From the NCBI GenBank assembly GCA_045595795.1, contig JAZOBC010000024.1, forward strand, positions 3,440-67,439: a DNA stretch of 64,000 nt, read 5' to 3'. Numbering within the stretch: the stretch's first letter is position 1; each line of letters starts with the position of its first letter. The DNA comes from Clostridia bacterium (GTDB taxonomy: Bacteria > Bacillota > Clostridia > UBA1381 > UBA9506). A program made the position numbers and the translations under genes. This document shows positions 29,492 to 39,895 of this stretch, in pieces. The notes under the pieces were generated by a model, which did no database searches, was not told the DNA's origin, and was given only the letters and a program-made list of their open reading frames with translations.

Positions 29492-29537
29492 GCTCCATTT
29501 CTGTTTAAATTCACGTGGGGCACAACACCCCTATATG

Positions 29538-29575
29538 CAAAAAACCATTCCGCAGAGCCTCTGCGGAATGGTTTC
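29538..29575 (-). terminator. Intrinsic terminator after the EF-G paralog
   Basis: 16-nt arms AAACCATTCCGCAGAG / CTCTGCGGAATGGTTT, with a U-run on the minus strand (plus-strand A-run 29539-29543). Confidence 0.8.
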
Positions 29576-29590
29576 TCTGCCTTGTATGTA

Positions 29591-31651
29591 TTATTCCTTT
29601 GCGCTTTCTTCAATAATTTTTTTAGCGATGTGATCAGGTGCCTGCTCGTAAGCGCGGAACTCAAAGGAAAAGCTGCCTCTGCCCTGCGTCATGGAACGAA
29701 GATCAGTCGCAAATTTTGCCATTTCAGCCATAGGAACATCCGCTGTAATGGTTACGCTGCCATCAGACTGCGGATCGCTGCCAAGCACTCTGCCGCGACG
29801 TTTGTTGACATCACCCATTACATCGCCCATATTGGCATTGGGAACGTTCACCACCAAGGTACCAATGGGTTCCAGTAGCACAGGAGATGCCTGTGCAAGG
29901 CCAGCCTTATAAGCGAGGTTAGCTGCCATCTTAAACGCCATTTCAGAGGAGTCAACGCTGTGGTAAGAGCCATCGTATAACGTAGCCTTTAAGCCCACCA
30001 CAGGATATCCTGCCAGAACGCCCTTTGTCATACTTTCGCGAAGACCCTTTTCAACGGCAGGGAAGAAGTTCTTAGGTACGGCACCGCCGAATACCTTTTC
30101 TTCAAAAACAAGATCTTCGGAATCGGTGGGTTCAAACTCAATCCAAACATGACCATACTGACCGTGTCCACCGGATTGTTTCTTGTGCTTACCCTCTGCC
30201 TTTACGGATTTGCGAATTGCTTCACGATAGGGCACTTTTGGCTCCTTCAAATCCACATCTACATTATATTTTGCTTTCAATTTGCTGATTACTACTTCAA
30301 TATGCTGCTCACCGATACCGGAAATGATTTGCTCCTTGGTTTCGGTGTCATGCTTTAGGCGAATGGTCTTATCTTCTTCCATCATCTTGCCGAGACCGGC
30401 ACTGATTTTTTCTTCATCGCCCTTTGCCTTTGGCATAATTGCCATGCTGGTTACGGGAGCCGGAAATTCAATTTCCTCAAAGAACAAAATTTGGCTCTTG
30501 TCACACAGTGTATCGCCCGTTGCTGTAACTGTCAGTTTGGGAACTGCACCAATATCACCGGCAGTCAGTTTATCTACTTCAATCTGCTTTTTACCGCGCA
30601 TCAGGTAAATGCGTCCAATTTTTTCTTCAGCCTTTTTATTAGCGTTATAAACAGCAGCATCTTTTTTCAAAGTACCGCGGTATACACGAATGAAGGAGAG
30701 TCTGCCAATAAAGGGGTCGGCAATGGTCTTGAAGCACTGAGCCGCTAAGGGCGCTGCCGGGTCACATGCAACCTCAACTGGATCACCGGATGCATCTTCT
30801 GCAAGTTTTGTGAAGTGATCGGGACCGGGCATATATTTAATGATGGCATCCAACAACAGCTGTGTGCCCTGATTTTTAATGGCACTGCCGCAAAGAACGG
30901 GAACAATCTCACGCTTACCGGTACCGGTCTTTAGGCCATTATAAATTTCTTCGGTGGTAAATTCTTCACCTTCAAAATATTTATTCATCAGGTCATCATC
31001 TGTTTCAGCCACGGCTTCCATAATCATATCGCGAACCGGCTGAATTTCATCATCCATACCATCAGGCACGGGACCGTCAATACGTTTATCCCCTTCCCAA
31101 CGGCGGGAGGTCATATCTACCACGTTCACAAAGCCATCTATCTGCTCACCTTTTTTAATGGGCACGAGGCATGGTGCAATGCGCTTGCCGAATTTTTCTT
31201 TCAGTTCAGCCAAAACCTTATGATAATCGGCTTTTTCATCATCTAATTTATTAATAAAAATAATGAGGGGAATGCCCTTCTTTTCACAAAGAGCCCAGGC
31301 TTTTTCTGCACCGACGCTTACGCCGGACTTGCCGCTGACTACCAAAACAGCACAATCAGCCGCTGCAACAGCTTCTGCCTGTTCGCCCACAAAATCAAAA
31401 TATCCCGGGGTGTCAATCAAGGTGATTTTTCCATCACGCCATTCTAACGGAAGTGTGGCCGCACTAATGGAACACAGACGTTTAACTTCTTCAGGATCAT
31501 AGTCGCTGACCGTGTTGCCTGCTGCGATTGTTCCCAAACGATCTGCAGCACCGGAACAGAACAGCAACGCTTCAACCAGCGAGGTTTTTCCTGCACGTCC
31601 ATGCCCTAAAAACACAACATTTCTGAGTTTTGCTACCGGATAGTCTTTCAT
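29591..31651 (-). CDS. EF-G paralog (EF-G2-like translational GTPase)
   Basis: 686 aa with all five EF-G domains. P-loop GHGRAGKTS, DTPGYFDF and NKLD motifs. RBS GGAGGG. Distinct from the canonical fusA at 1-1721. Confidence 0.85.
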   Translation of the reverse strand: MKDYPVAKLRNVVFLGHGRAGKTSLVEALLFCSGAADRLGTIAAGNTVSDYDPEEVKRLCSISAATLPLEWRDGKITLIDTPGYFDFVGEQAEAVAAADCAVLVVSGKSGVSVGAEKAWALCEKKGIPLIIFINKLDDEKADYHKVLAELKEKFGKRIAPCLVPIKKGEQIDGFVNVVDMTSRRWEGDKRIDGPVPDGMDDEIQPVRDMIMEAVAETDDDLMNKYFEGEEFTTEEIYNGLKTGTGKREIVPVLCGSAIKNQGTQLLLDAIIKYMPGPDHFTKLAEDASGDPVEVACDPAAPLAAQCFKTIADPFIGRLSFIRVYRGTLKKDAAVYNANKKAEEKIGRIYLMRGKKQIEVDKLTAGDIGAVPKLTVTATGDTLCDKSQILFFEEIEFPAPVTSMAIMPKAKGDEEKISAGLGKMMEEDKTIRLKHDTETKEQIISGIGEQHIEVVISKLKAKYNVDVDLKEPKVPYREAIRKSVKAEGKHKKQSGGHGQYGHVWIEFEPTDSEDLVFEEKVFGGAVPKNFFPAVEKGLRESMTKGVLAGYPVVGLKATLYDGSYHSVDSSEMAFKMAANLAYKAGLAQASPVLLEPIGTLVVNVPNANMGDVMGDVNKRRGRVLGSDPQSDGSVTITADVPMAEMAKFATDLRSMTQGRGSFSFEFRAYEQAPDHIAKKIIEESAKE

Positions 31652-31832
31652 TCAATTTCCCTCCATGTTCTCATGCAAACTGCATGTAATTTTTCATGTT
31701 CATTCACGGTTTTATAGTAAAAGCCGGTACACCGGCTGCCGAAGAATGCCTGGAAATTAGAATTGCTCTTCGTTATTCAATTATCATCTGCATCATAGTA
31801 TATGAAACATATATACCACAAAAAATTGCTTT

Positions 31833-33158
31833 TTAATCAATTTTTTTAAAAAATTTCAAAAGTTCTTCTTTTCGGTTTGCTGTCGGATTTTCAAGCACCA
31901 TTTCAAGTGCTTTGCAAAGCACCGCACCAATCTCTTTGCCTTGATACCCCAAAGCCATCACATCATAACCGCAAATAGCAAGATCAGATACCGTCAGAGC
32001 ATCACCGTCTGCCATAATTTCTTCGTAGAGTGCTTCTATGTTGTCTAAATATGCCTTTCGCTCAGCAAGAAGCGAGGGGTTTTGCCCTAAGGTGTCGGCA
32101 CGTTTGATGGTAAGAAGCGCAGGAAACAACTCTGCACCCAAACTGCTCACCATACGTCTGACACTGCTTTTGGTTTCGGCAGGGCGACGATCATGATAGC
32201 TAATGAGTTTTTGCACTTGCTCTTTGGTTTGGTTGTCAAACCGCAAGCGCGATAAAACATCTTCTGCCAGTGCCACACCAGCTTTATCGTGCCCTTTAAA
32301 ATGGTCAACACCGTTTTCATCTGTGGTCTTTTTCTCCGGTTTTCCCACATCGTGCAGCAGTGCTGCCAAACGCAAAACCGGCTCTTTGGGCACATTTTCT
32401 GTCACCTTTAAAATATGATGTGCCACATCATAAATATGATATTTAATATTTTGTTCCACACCAAAGCATGCATCAAATTCCGGCAAAACCACAGCTAATA
32501 AACCCGTCTGATGCATGATATCAAAAACCGAAAGCCGGTCTGAGAGCAAAATTTTCATGAGCTCGTCGCGAATCCGCTCACCGCTCACCGCAGATAAAAG
32601 TGGTGCAAGCGCTGAGATGGCGTCTAAAATTTTTTCATCTATCGCAAAGCTCGTTTGTGCTGAAAATCGAAGCGCACGCAGCATCCGCAAGGCATCTTCA
32701 TCAAACCGGATGAGGGGGTCACCCACACAACGAATCAGCTTTTTTTCAATATCCTCTCTGCCTCCAAAGGGATCAACCAAGCCGACTTCTGGATGATATG
32801 CCATGGCATTCATGGTAAAATCCCGTCGGGATAAATCAGCACAAATATCGTCAGTAAAAGTAACGGATTCAGGTTTTCGATGGTCGGCATACGTGCCATC
32901 TACACGAAAGGTCGTCACTTCATATTGTCCACCGCTTAGCACCACCGTAACCGTGCCATGCTTAATGCCGGTGGGAATCGTTTTGGAAAAAACAGAAAGG
33001 ATGACCTCCGGTGGTGCTGCTGTCGTCACATCCCAGTCCTGAGGGGTCCTTTCCAAAAACATATCCCGCACGCAACCGCCTACGGCATATGCGCTGTAAC
33101 CCGCTTTGTTTAGTGTCTCCAGAATGTGTCTCACATCCTGCGGAAGTATCCAACTCAT
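31833..33158 (-). CDS. cca: CCA-adding tRNA nucleotidyltransferase with HD domain
   Basis: AYAVGGCVRD and DWD motifs plus the HD motif LLHDVGKP. ATG 33158 lies behind GGAGG, which is preferred over the track start at 33230. Confidence 0.9.
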   Translation of the reverse strand: MSWILPQDVRHILETLNKAGYSAYAVGGCVRDMFLERTPQDWDVTTAAPPEVILSVFSKTIPTGIKHGTVTVVLSGGQYEVTTFRVDGTYADHRKPESVTFTDDICADLSRRDFTMNAMAYHPEVGLVDPFGGREDIEKKLIRCVGDPLIRFDEDALRMLRALRFSAQTSFAIDEKILDAISALAPLLSAVSGERIRDELMKILLSDRLSVFDIMHQTGLLAVVLPEFDACFGVEQNIKYHIYDVAHHILKVTENVPKEPVLRLAALLHDVGKPEKKTTDENGVDHFKGHDKAGVALAEDVLSRLRFDNQTKEQVQKLISYHDRRPAETKSSVRRMVSSLGAELFPALLTIKRADTLGQNPSLLAERKAYLDNIEALYEEIMADGDALTVSDLAICGYDVMALGYQGKEIGAVLCKALEMVLENPTANRKEELLKFFKKID

Positions 33159-33363
33159 ATTTGTGCCTCCTACTATATTTATTATAAATTTTTTTAAAAA
33201 ATCTGTCAATACTCCCTCTGCTTTTTCCACGAATTCTGTTGATTTTTACTAAAAAACCGTCTTTTTTTGTGTTTAAGATGTTCTCTCATGATTCATCCTT
33301 GCGTTTTTTGATATCTCACATCGAGTCTATATATATTTTTTTACAAAAAACATGATTTTATCA

Positions 33364-33392
33364 TTGACAGAAGACCAAAAAAAAGGTACAAT
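33364..33392 (+). promoter_or_regulatory. Sigma-A promoter of rny
   Basis: TTGACA (33364-33369), 17-nt spacer, TACAAT (33387-33392). Confidence 0.7.
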
Positions 33393-33460
33393 ATAGAATG
33401 GATTTGCTTATTTATTATAAGTAAATGTAAATTTTAATAAGGAGGAAAAAGAGAGACAAG

Positions 33461-35017
33461 ATGACAGAGATGATTATCTACATAGCAGTCGCTTTGATTC
33501 TGATTGCCCTTGCTGCTTTTATTGCGTTCCGCTTGGGCATTTCCTATAGAAAAAAGATTGCCGAAGCCGAGTTTGGCAGTGCAGAGGCAGAAGCTAAGGA
33601 AATCATTCAGCGTGCTAAAAAAGAAGGCGAAAGCAAAAAGCGTGAAATGCTTTTAGAAGCCAAAGAAGAAAATCACAAGCAAAGACAGGAGCTTGACAGA
33701 GAAATGAAAGAACGCAGAAGCGAAATTTCTCGTCAAGAACGTCGCATTCAGCAAAAAGAAGAGAACCTTGACAAAAAAACCGAATCCATTGAAGCCAAAG
33801 AGGAAAAGCTCTCACTCAAGGAAAAAGAGCTCGACCAGTTAAAAGGCGAAATTGAAGAGGTTAAGAAGAAAGAAATCGTGGTACTTGAGCAACTTTCCGG
33901 TTTATCCGCAGAAGAAGCAAAGCAGTTCCTGCTCAAGAGCGTTGAAAGCGAAGTGCGTCATGAAGCTGCCTTAATGGTAAAGGAAATTGAAACACAGGCG
34001 AAAGAAAATGCCGAAAAAAATGCCAAGAACATCATTGCCGGTGCTATTCAGAAATGTGCCGCTGACCATGTTGCAGAAACAACCGTTAGTGTGGTGAACC
34101 TGCCGAGTGATGAAATGAAGGGCCGTATCATTGGCCGTGAAGGCAGAAACATCCGCACCTTAGAAACCTTAACCGGTATTGATCTGATTATTGATGATAC
34201 TCCCGAAGCTGTTATCTTATCCGGCTTCGACCCGGTTCGCCGCGAGATTGCCCGTCTTTCCTTGGAAAAACTCATTGTTGACGGCAGAATTCATCCCGCA
34301 CGCATTGAAGAAATGTATGAAAAAGCGAAAAAAGAGGTTGAAACCGAAATTAAGCAGGAAGGTGAAAATGCCGTATTTGAAACCGGCGTTCACGGTCTGC
34401 ATCCCGAAATTATTCGTCTGCTGGGTAAACTGAAATACAGAACCAGCTACGGTCAGAATGTTTTGAAGCACTCCATTGAGGTTTCTCACCTGTCCGGTTT
34501 AATCGCCGGCGAGCTGGGTGCTGATATCACCATTGCAAAGCGTGCCGGTCTGCTTCATGACCTTGGCAAAGCTGCCGACCATGAAATGGAAGGCTCACAC
34601 GTGATGATTGGTGCCGATTTGGCTAAGAAATATAAAGAAGGTCAGGAAGTGCTCCACGCAATTATGGCACATCACGGCGACGTTGAAGCAAACACCTTGG
34701 TTGCTGTAATTGTACAAGCAGCCGATGCAATTTCAGCTGCCCGCCCCGGTGCACGTCGCGAAAACATTGAATCTTACATTAAGCGTCTTGAAAAGCTCGA
34801 AGAAATTGCCAACTCCTTTGAAGGCGTTGAACGTTCCTTCGCAATTCAAGCAGGTCGTGAAATCAGAATCATGGTAAAACCTGAGGATGTGAAAGACGAC
34901 GGCATCACAATGGTGGCAAGAGACATCGTCAAGAAGATCGAAAGCGAACTTGAATATCCCGGTCAGATTAAGGTTAATGTCATTCGCGAAACTCGCGCCA
35001 TTGAATATGCAAAATAA
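33461..35017 (+). CDS. rny: Ribonuclease Y
   Basis: N-terminal TM, Lys/Glu-rich coiled coil, KH domain ([12 protein letters not shown]) and HD domain (LLHDLGKA). 518 aa. Confidence 0.97.
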   Translation: MTEMIIYIAVALILIALAAFIAFRLGISYRKKIAEAEFGSAEAEAKEIIQRAKKEGESKKREMLLEAKEENHKQRQELDREMKERRSEISRQERRIQQKEENLDKKTESIEAKEEKLSLKEKELDQLKGEIEEVKKKEIVVLEQLSGLSAEEAKQFLLKSVESEVRHEAALMVKEIETQAKENAEKNAKNIIAGAIQKCAADHVAETTVSVVNLPSDEMKGRIIGREGRNIRTLETLTGIDLIIDDTPEAVILSGFDPVRREIARLSLEKLIVDGRIHPARIEEMYEKAKKEVETEIKQEGENAVFETGVHGLHPEIIRLLGKLKYRTSYGQNVLKHSIEVSHLSGLIAGELGADITIAKRAGLLHDLGKAADHEMEGSHVMIGADLAKKYKEGQEVLHAIMAHHGDVEANTLVAVIVQAADAISAARPGARRENIESYIKRLEKLEEIANSFEGVERSFAIQAGREIRIMVKPEDVKDDGITMVARDIVKKIESELEYPGQIKVNVIRETRAIEYAK

Positions 35018-35027
35018 AGTGAATCTT

Positions 35028-35059
35028 AAGGCTGCAGCTTAGCTGTAGCCTTATTTTTT
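35028..35059 (+). terminator. Intrinsic terminator after rny
   Basis: AAGGCTGCAGC / GCTGTAGCCTT hairpin followed by ATTTTTT. Confidence 0.7.
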
Positions 35060-35150
35060 AGAAAAATGCAGCTTTTGAGGAACTTATTTCCTGATTGTTC
35101 GTCTATAGCAGTATAGAATCCATATTCTAACGATAAAGGAGGACTTTTTC

Positions 35151-37217
35151 ATGAAAAAATTGTTGTGTTTGGTGCTTTCCACCCTGATGATGTGGGTCTG
35201 CATGCTTCCCGTTGCAGGCGATCAACACGAAGCCGAATCGGCAGAAAGGCTCATGCTCATCGCAAAAGAAAAACTGTCGATTGATGACAATGTTTTTGAA
35301 TTTCAGAATTACTCCTTACATACAACCGATCATGGAAACAACTATCGGTTTTACTGGGTATCAAAAGATAAAAATGCCGACCAAAGCATCTACGCCACGC
35401 TTTCAGAAGATGGCATTATTACCGGCTATTCCTATTATAAACCAAAGAACACAGACAAACTGTCCTTTGCTACCTATGGCACAGACGATGCAATCAAAGC
35501 CGCTGGTGACTTTATTACCTCCATTGATGCTGAAAAATTCAGCCAAACCAAGGTGACAGATACGAGCAGACAATATGACGGTTCTTATCAAATTACCTTT
35601 GAGCGAGTGAAAAACGATATTCCTGTCATAGGAAACGCACTCTATTGCACCGTCGACTGCGATACCCTGGAAATTATGCAATATACCTCCTCCTGGAGTG
35701 AGGTGACGTTCCCCGACTCGGCCCCCATATCCTTAGAAGAAGGACAGCAAGCATTTTGTGACAAGCTGGGGCATCAACTGTTTTACCAGGTGCAAAGCAC
35801 AAACTATGAAAATAGCGCAAAGCTCATCTATCGCAGCCGCTATGACGAAGACCTTTATATTGACGCCGTCAGCGGCGAGGTGGTATCGTATGATGAGCTC
35901 AATGATTTATACTACGATTCGACCGCTCGAAATGAAGCTGCAAAAGACAGTGCTTCTGGCGGAATGGTCACTCTCTCCCCCTCTGAGCGTGCCGCCGTTG
36001 AGCAAATCGGCAACATGATTTCCGCCGCTGAAGCCGACCGCATTGTCCGGAGCATTGATGAATTTTCTGTTGGCACGGAACTGGAACAAGAGAGTTATGA
36101 TATTCAGCGCATTGAAAACGGCGATTACATCATAAATCTGTATTACCACGCTGAAACAGAAACCAAAAGCCAATATGCCTATGTGTCTCTTCATGCCGAA
36201 ACCGGGCAAATCACAAGCTACTATTATCACGAATATGACGCGGATGACGCAAAGCAGAAAACGGAAACCAAAAAAATTGCAGCTGATGAGTTAAAGCGCA
36301 AGGCAGATGCCTTCTTAAATAAATATTATGCCGAAGAAATGGCAAACATGGTTGAAAAATCATATTTTGACTCTGCCCTGCAGGAAAATTCCTTCCGCTA
36401 TCTGAGGACGGAAGATGGCATTCCGGTTTATAACAACGGTGCTTATGTGCAATATGATGCACAAACAGGCAAACTGACTTCCTTCACCCTGAACTGGACA
36501 AAGGTTGACTTTCCGTCTGCTGCCATGGTGCAATCTCTTGAGGCTGCCAACCGCGCCGCTATGGAAAAAGGCAATTTTGCACTACGATATATGGTTATTC
36601 CCAACGGTGAGGATGGCTTAACCGCCACATTGCTCTATGGTTTGGCTGAAAATCCCATTTTAGATGCTGTAACCTTAAGTGCGTTAGATTATCGGCTGCG
36701 CCCCGCTCAAGAAGAAGCGCCTGCAGAATATACCGACATTGAAGGTCATTACGCAAAAGATGCCATTGTAAAGCTTGCAGAATATGATATTTTCCTTCCC
36801 GCAGTGGAAAACGGTCAACTTTGCCCCGATTCTTGCATTTCACAAAAGAATTATTTTCTGCTTCTTGACCGCATGCTTTGGAACGGACGCCATGCTGCCG
36901 ATATCGATGAGCTGTTTCAATATTTAATTCGCCTCAACATTCTGACAGCAGAGGAAGTGAATCCGCAAGCACCTGTCAAGCGAATAGATGGCATCCGTTG
37001 GCTTTTAAACGCACTGAATTACGGCGAATTTGTGAAAATTCCCAATATTTTCCGCAATCCTTTTGGTGATGTGGAAGAAGGAGATGTTGGCGTGGCAGCT
37101 GTTGCCTGGGGCCTTGGATTGGTAAAGGGCGATAACGGCCAATTCTATCCAAACGATTACCTTCGCCGTGCTGACGCGCTACTGATTATCTATAACTACA
37201 TGAACAACAAAGGGTGA
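35151..37217 (+). CDS. Secreted repeat protein with two C-terminal SLH-like wall-binding modules
   Basis: Signal peptide MKKLLCLVLSTLMMWV. Internally repeated roughly 150-aa modules. The C-terminus has YTDIEGHYAKDAIVKLAEYDI and FGDVEEGDVGVAAVAWGLGLVKGDNGQFYP, both SLH-like. Confidence 0.55.
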   Translation: MKKLLCLVLSTLMMWVCMLPVAGDQHEAESAERLMLIAKEKLSIDDNVFEFQNYSLHTTDHGNNYRFYWVSKDKNADQSIYATLSEDGIITGYSYYKPKNTDKLSFATYGTDDAIKAAGDFITSIDAEKFSQTKVTDTSRQYDGSYQITFERVKNDIPVIGNALYCTVDCDTLEIMQYTSSWSEVTFPDSAPISLEEGQQAFCDKLGHQLFYQVQSTNYENSAKLIYRSRYDEDLYIDAVSGEVVSYDELNDLYYDSTARNEAAKDSASGGMVTLSPSERAAVEQIGNMISAAEADRIVRSIDEFSVGTELEQESYDIQRIENGDYIINLYYHAETETKSQYAYVSLHAETGQITSYYYHEYDADDAKQKTETKKIAADELKRKADAFLNKYYAEEMANMVEKSYFDSALQENSFRYLRTEDGIPVYNNGAYVQYDAQTGKLTSFTLNWTKVDFPSAAMVQSLEAANRAAMEKGNFALRYMVIPNGEDGLTATLLYGLAENPILDAVTLSALDYRLRPAQEEAPAEYTDIEGHYAKDAIVKLAEYDIFLPAVENGQLCPDSCISQKNYFLLLDRMLWNGRHAADIDELFQYLIRLNILTAEEVNPQAPVKRIDGIRWLLNALNYGEFVKIPNIFRNPFGDVEEGDVGVAAVAWGLGLVKGDNGQFYPNDYLRRADALLIIYNYMNNKG

Positions 37218-37221
37218 TTGA

Positions 37222-38004
37222 ATGAAACCGCCACTTCTCAAAGGAATCCCGCTTGCGCAACGCAATTGGGTGGATATAAACCCCTGTGATTTGGGTCAGG
37301 AACGCTGCTTGCCCGGACATAGCTATGGTCCGGCAATCCGCAACAACTACTTGATTCACTATGTTGTCAGCGGTAAGGGCACCTTTTATCATAACGGGCA
37401 TGCCCATCCGGTGAAAGCGGGAGAAATTTTTGTTATCTTCCCGCGGGAGGTAACGACCTATGCAGCTGACCAAAACGACCCGTGGCACTATATTTGGATT
37501 GGTTTTACCGGCACACTGGCTGAGCGACTTGCCTCTCTCCCCACACGGGTTTGTTCTTATAGCGCCAACACGTTTTTTGAAATGATGCACGCCGAGAACC
37601 TGACAGGTACGCGTGAGGAATTCGTGACTGCAAAAATCTTTGAAATGATGTCTGTTCTTTTTGAGGGTCAAAAGAAAGTCACCCATTATGAGCAACAGGT
37701 GTTAAACTATGTGAACGCAAATTATATGAATCCCATCACCGTAGATAGTATTTCAGCTTATTTCAACTTAGACAGACGCTATCTATCCAAACTGTTTAAA
37801 AATCGGATGGGAATCACACTGTCTGACTACCTGATTCAAACCAGACTGCAGCACGCTGCTCTTCTTCTGGCAGATGGCTACTCCGTTAATAATGCAGCTG
37901 CCATGGCGGGCTATCATGATCCATTTAATTTCTCAAAAATGTTTAAAAAAAACTACGGTATTTCGCCAACAGAATACCGTAAAAGACATATGCAGAATAA
38001 ATAA
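37222..38004 (+). CDS. AraC-family transcriptional regulator (cupin sensor plus HTH)
   Basis: AraC-type cupin N-domain and a C-terminal HTH (GYHDPFNFSKMFKKNYGISPTEYR). 260 aa. Confidence 0.88.
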   Translation: MKPPLLKGIPLAQRNWVDINPCDLGQERCLPGHSYGPAIRNNYLIHYVVSGKGTFYHNGHAHPVKAGEIFVIFPREVTTYAADQNDPWHYIWIGFTGTLAERLASLPTRVCSYSANTFFEMMHAENLTGTREEFVTAKIFEMMSVLFEGQKKVTHYEQQVLNYVNANYMNPITVDSISAYFNLDRRYLSKLFKNRMGITLSDYLIQTRLQHAALLLADGYSVNNAAAMAGYHDPFNFSKMFKKNYGISPTEYRKRHMQNK

Positions 38005-38011
38005 CAATTCG

Positions 38012-38045
38012 GGCTGCTCTCTTTGTAGAGCAGCCTATTTTGTTT
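38012..38045 (+). terminator. Intrinsic terminator
   Basis: GGCTGCTCT / AGAGCAGCC hairpin followed by TATTTTGTTT. Confidence 0.75.
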
Positions 38046-38109
38046 GGTATAGGACAATCTTTGGGCGCATAAGATGGGTAATGACACTGATTTGAAAGGA
38101 TGTATCACA

Positions 38110-39294
38110 ATGAAACGAATTATGGCGTTATGTCTTTCTTTTTTCCTATTATTCAGCTTTTGCGCTACTGCAGAAGAAACTGCCGTAGAAACCCAATCCG
38201 TCATCAACATCACCGCACCGGCAGCCATTTTAATTGAAGCCGGCACCGGTCAAGTGCTATTTGAAAAAAATAGCCACGACCGCCGTCCGCCTGCCTCTGT
38301 CACCAAAATTATGACGATGCTTCTCACCATGGAAGCCATTGACAGCGGTCAGATTGCCTTAGAGGACATGGTGCGCTGTTCAGAGCTTGCTGCCTCCATG
38401 GGCGGCTCGCAGGTATATTTAGAACCCGGCGAGGAAATGAGCGTGCGCGATATGTTAAAGGCTGTAGCCGTTGCTTCCGGCAACGATGCCGCCGTGGCTC
38501 TGGCGGAGCACATTGCCGGCAGCATGGAGGGCTTTGTGGCAAAAATGAATGAGCGCGCACAAGCTTTAGGCATGCACGATACTCACTTTGTGAACTGCAA
38601 CGGTTTAGACGACCCCGAACATTTAACCAGTGCCTATGACATTGCATTGATGAGTCGCGAACTGGTGAAGCATCCTTTAATTTTAGAATTTACCGGCATC
38701 TGGATGGATAACCTCAGGGACGGTGCCTTTGGTCTCGTGAACACAAATAAGTTGATTCGCTTTTATGAAGGGGCAAACGGACTAAAAACCGGCTCAACCA
38801 GCGTGGCAAAATATTGCCTTTCTGCCTCAGCCGTTCGTGATGGCATGAATCTCATTGCCGTTATTATGGGGGCAGACTCTTCAAAAGACCGCTTTGGAGA
38901 CGCCAGCAAATTGCTCGACTATGGTTTTGCAAACTTTGCCATCGCCGGCTCACTGCTGACAGAAGAAGAATTACCGCAGATTGCCGTTGTAAAAGGAATC
39001 CAAGCGCAAGTTGAAACAAAGGTCTCAGATGATTTTCATGTTTTAGTCAGCAAATCAAAACTGGGTAGCATTGAAAAACAAATTACCCTGCCTGAAGTCT
39101 TGGAAGCCCCCGTCCGCACAGGTGACGTCGTCGGCAGTGTTGAATTTATCATTGACGGTAACCGCGTGGGCGGTACTGATATCATCGCAAAAACCGACGC
39201 ACCGCGCATCAGTCCCTTTGGTATGTTGAAAAAACTGACAAAACAGCTGCTCTTTGGTAATCAAGAGCAAACAGCCTCCGAATTAGTCGCATAA
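38110..39294 (+). CDS. D-alanyl-D-alanine carboxypeptidase (PBP5/DacB/DacF class)
   Basis: Signal peptide, then SxxK (ASVTKIM), SxN (SGND) and KTG (LKTGST) motifs and a PBP5 C-terminal domain. ATG 38110 follows AAAGGA. Confidence 0.9.
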   Translation: MKRIMALCLSFFLLFSFCATAEETAVETQSVINITAPAAILIEAGTGQVLFEKNSHDRRPPASVTKIMTMLLTMEAIDSGQIALEDMVRCSELAASMGGSQVYLEPGEEMSVRDMLKAVAVASGNDAAVALAEHIAGSMEGFVAKMNERAQALGMHDTHFVNCNGLDDPEHLTSAYDIALMSRELVKHPLILEFTGIWMDNLRDGAFGLVNTNKLIRFYEGANGLKTGSTSVAKYCLSASAVRDGMNLIAVIMGADSSKDRFGDASKLLDYGFANFAIAGSLLTEEELPQIAVVKGIQAQVETKVSDDFHVLVSKSKLGSIEKQITLPEVLEAPVRTGDVVGSVEFIIDGNRVGGTDIIAKTDAPRISPFGMLKKLTKQLLFGNQEQTASELVA

Positions 39295-39368
39295 AAATGC
39301 CTCCTGCATAATTTTTCTTTGTTGGGTAAAGGTAATAGCAAAGAATATAATATGCAGGAGGATTTATT

Positions 39369-39806
39369 ATGTATCAGGTTCACAGAAAGCGAAAAAGCGT
39401 GTGGTTTTATCTATTACTGTTTGTCTGCGCCTTCGCCGTTGGACTTCTCGTTGGCTATGTCAGCATACGTTTTTTCAAACAGCCACAAAATGAGGAGGTC
39501 ATCCCCCCTGTGATTATGGCTGAAGCGGAACCTTCCGCATCCCCGCATCGCGCTGCCTCTGCTACTCTCATAACAGAAGATTTGCCTAAGGAAAACCCAA
39601 GGTCGGAGCAGCAATACTTTATTATCGAAGAAGATGAGGTCGTGCGAGTCTACAATGTTGACGAGAACGGCTCGAAGCGTTTCAGTCATAATGTTTCTAT
39701 CGAAACGGACTCTCTGCGTCCTGACGACAAGAAATTATTCAAAGACGGCATTTACGTTGCCACGCGTGAAGAACTGCTGTCTCTGATTGAAGATTTCAGT
39801 TCCTGA
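39369..39806 (+). CDS. Membrane-anchored BofC C-terminal-domain-like protein
   Basis: N-terminal TM. The C-terminus YFIIEEDEVVRVYNVDENG...LRPDDKKLFKDGIYVATREELLSLIEDFSS matches the pattern of clostridial BofC_C proteins. Confidence 0.5.
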   Translation: MYQVHRKRKSVWFYLLLFVCAFAVGLLVGYVSIRFFKQPQNEEVIPPVIMAEAEPSASPHRAASATLITEDLPKENPRSEQQYFIIEEDEVVRVYNVDENGSKRFSHNVSIETDSLRPDDKKLFKDGIYVATREELLSLIEDFSS

Positions 39807-39895
39807 CGGACATGATAAATTGAGAAGAAACTGTTGAAAAAAGTCAAAAAATGCGATACAATAAAAGTATCATTTTTATTTCGGAGCGTTGTATC

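Noticed and set aside
29591-31651. EF-G paralog as a Tet(M)/Tet(O) ribosomal-protection resistance gene.
   Set aside because: The length (686 aa) and the GHGRAGKTS P-loop differ from the roughly 640-aa Tet(M)-type proteins with AHVDAGKTT. There is no mobile-element context. This cannot be excluded without a phylogeny, so no resistance call is made.
31718-31740. Short hairpin AGCCGGT-AC-ACCGGCT after cca as a terminator or regulatory element for the EF-G paralog.
   Set aside because: It has only a 6-7 bp stem with a minimal loop and a 4-nt U-run. It is plausible as a weak cca terminator but too weak to list as a feature.
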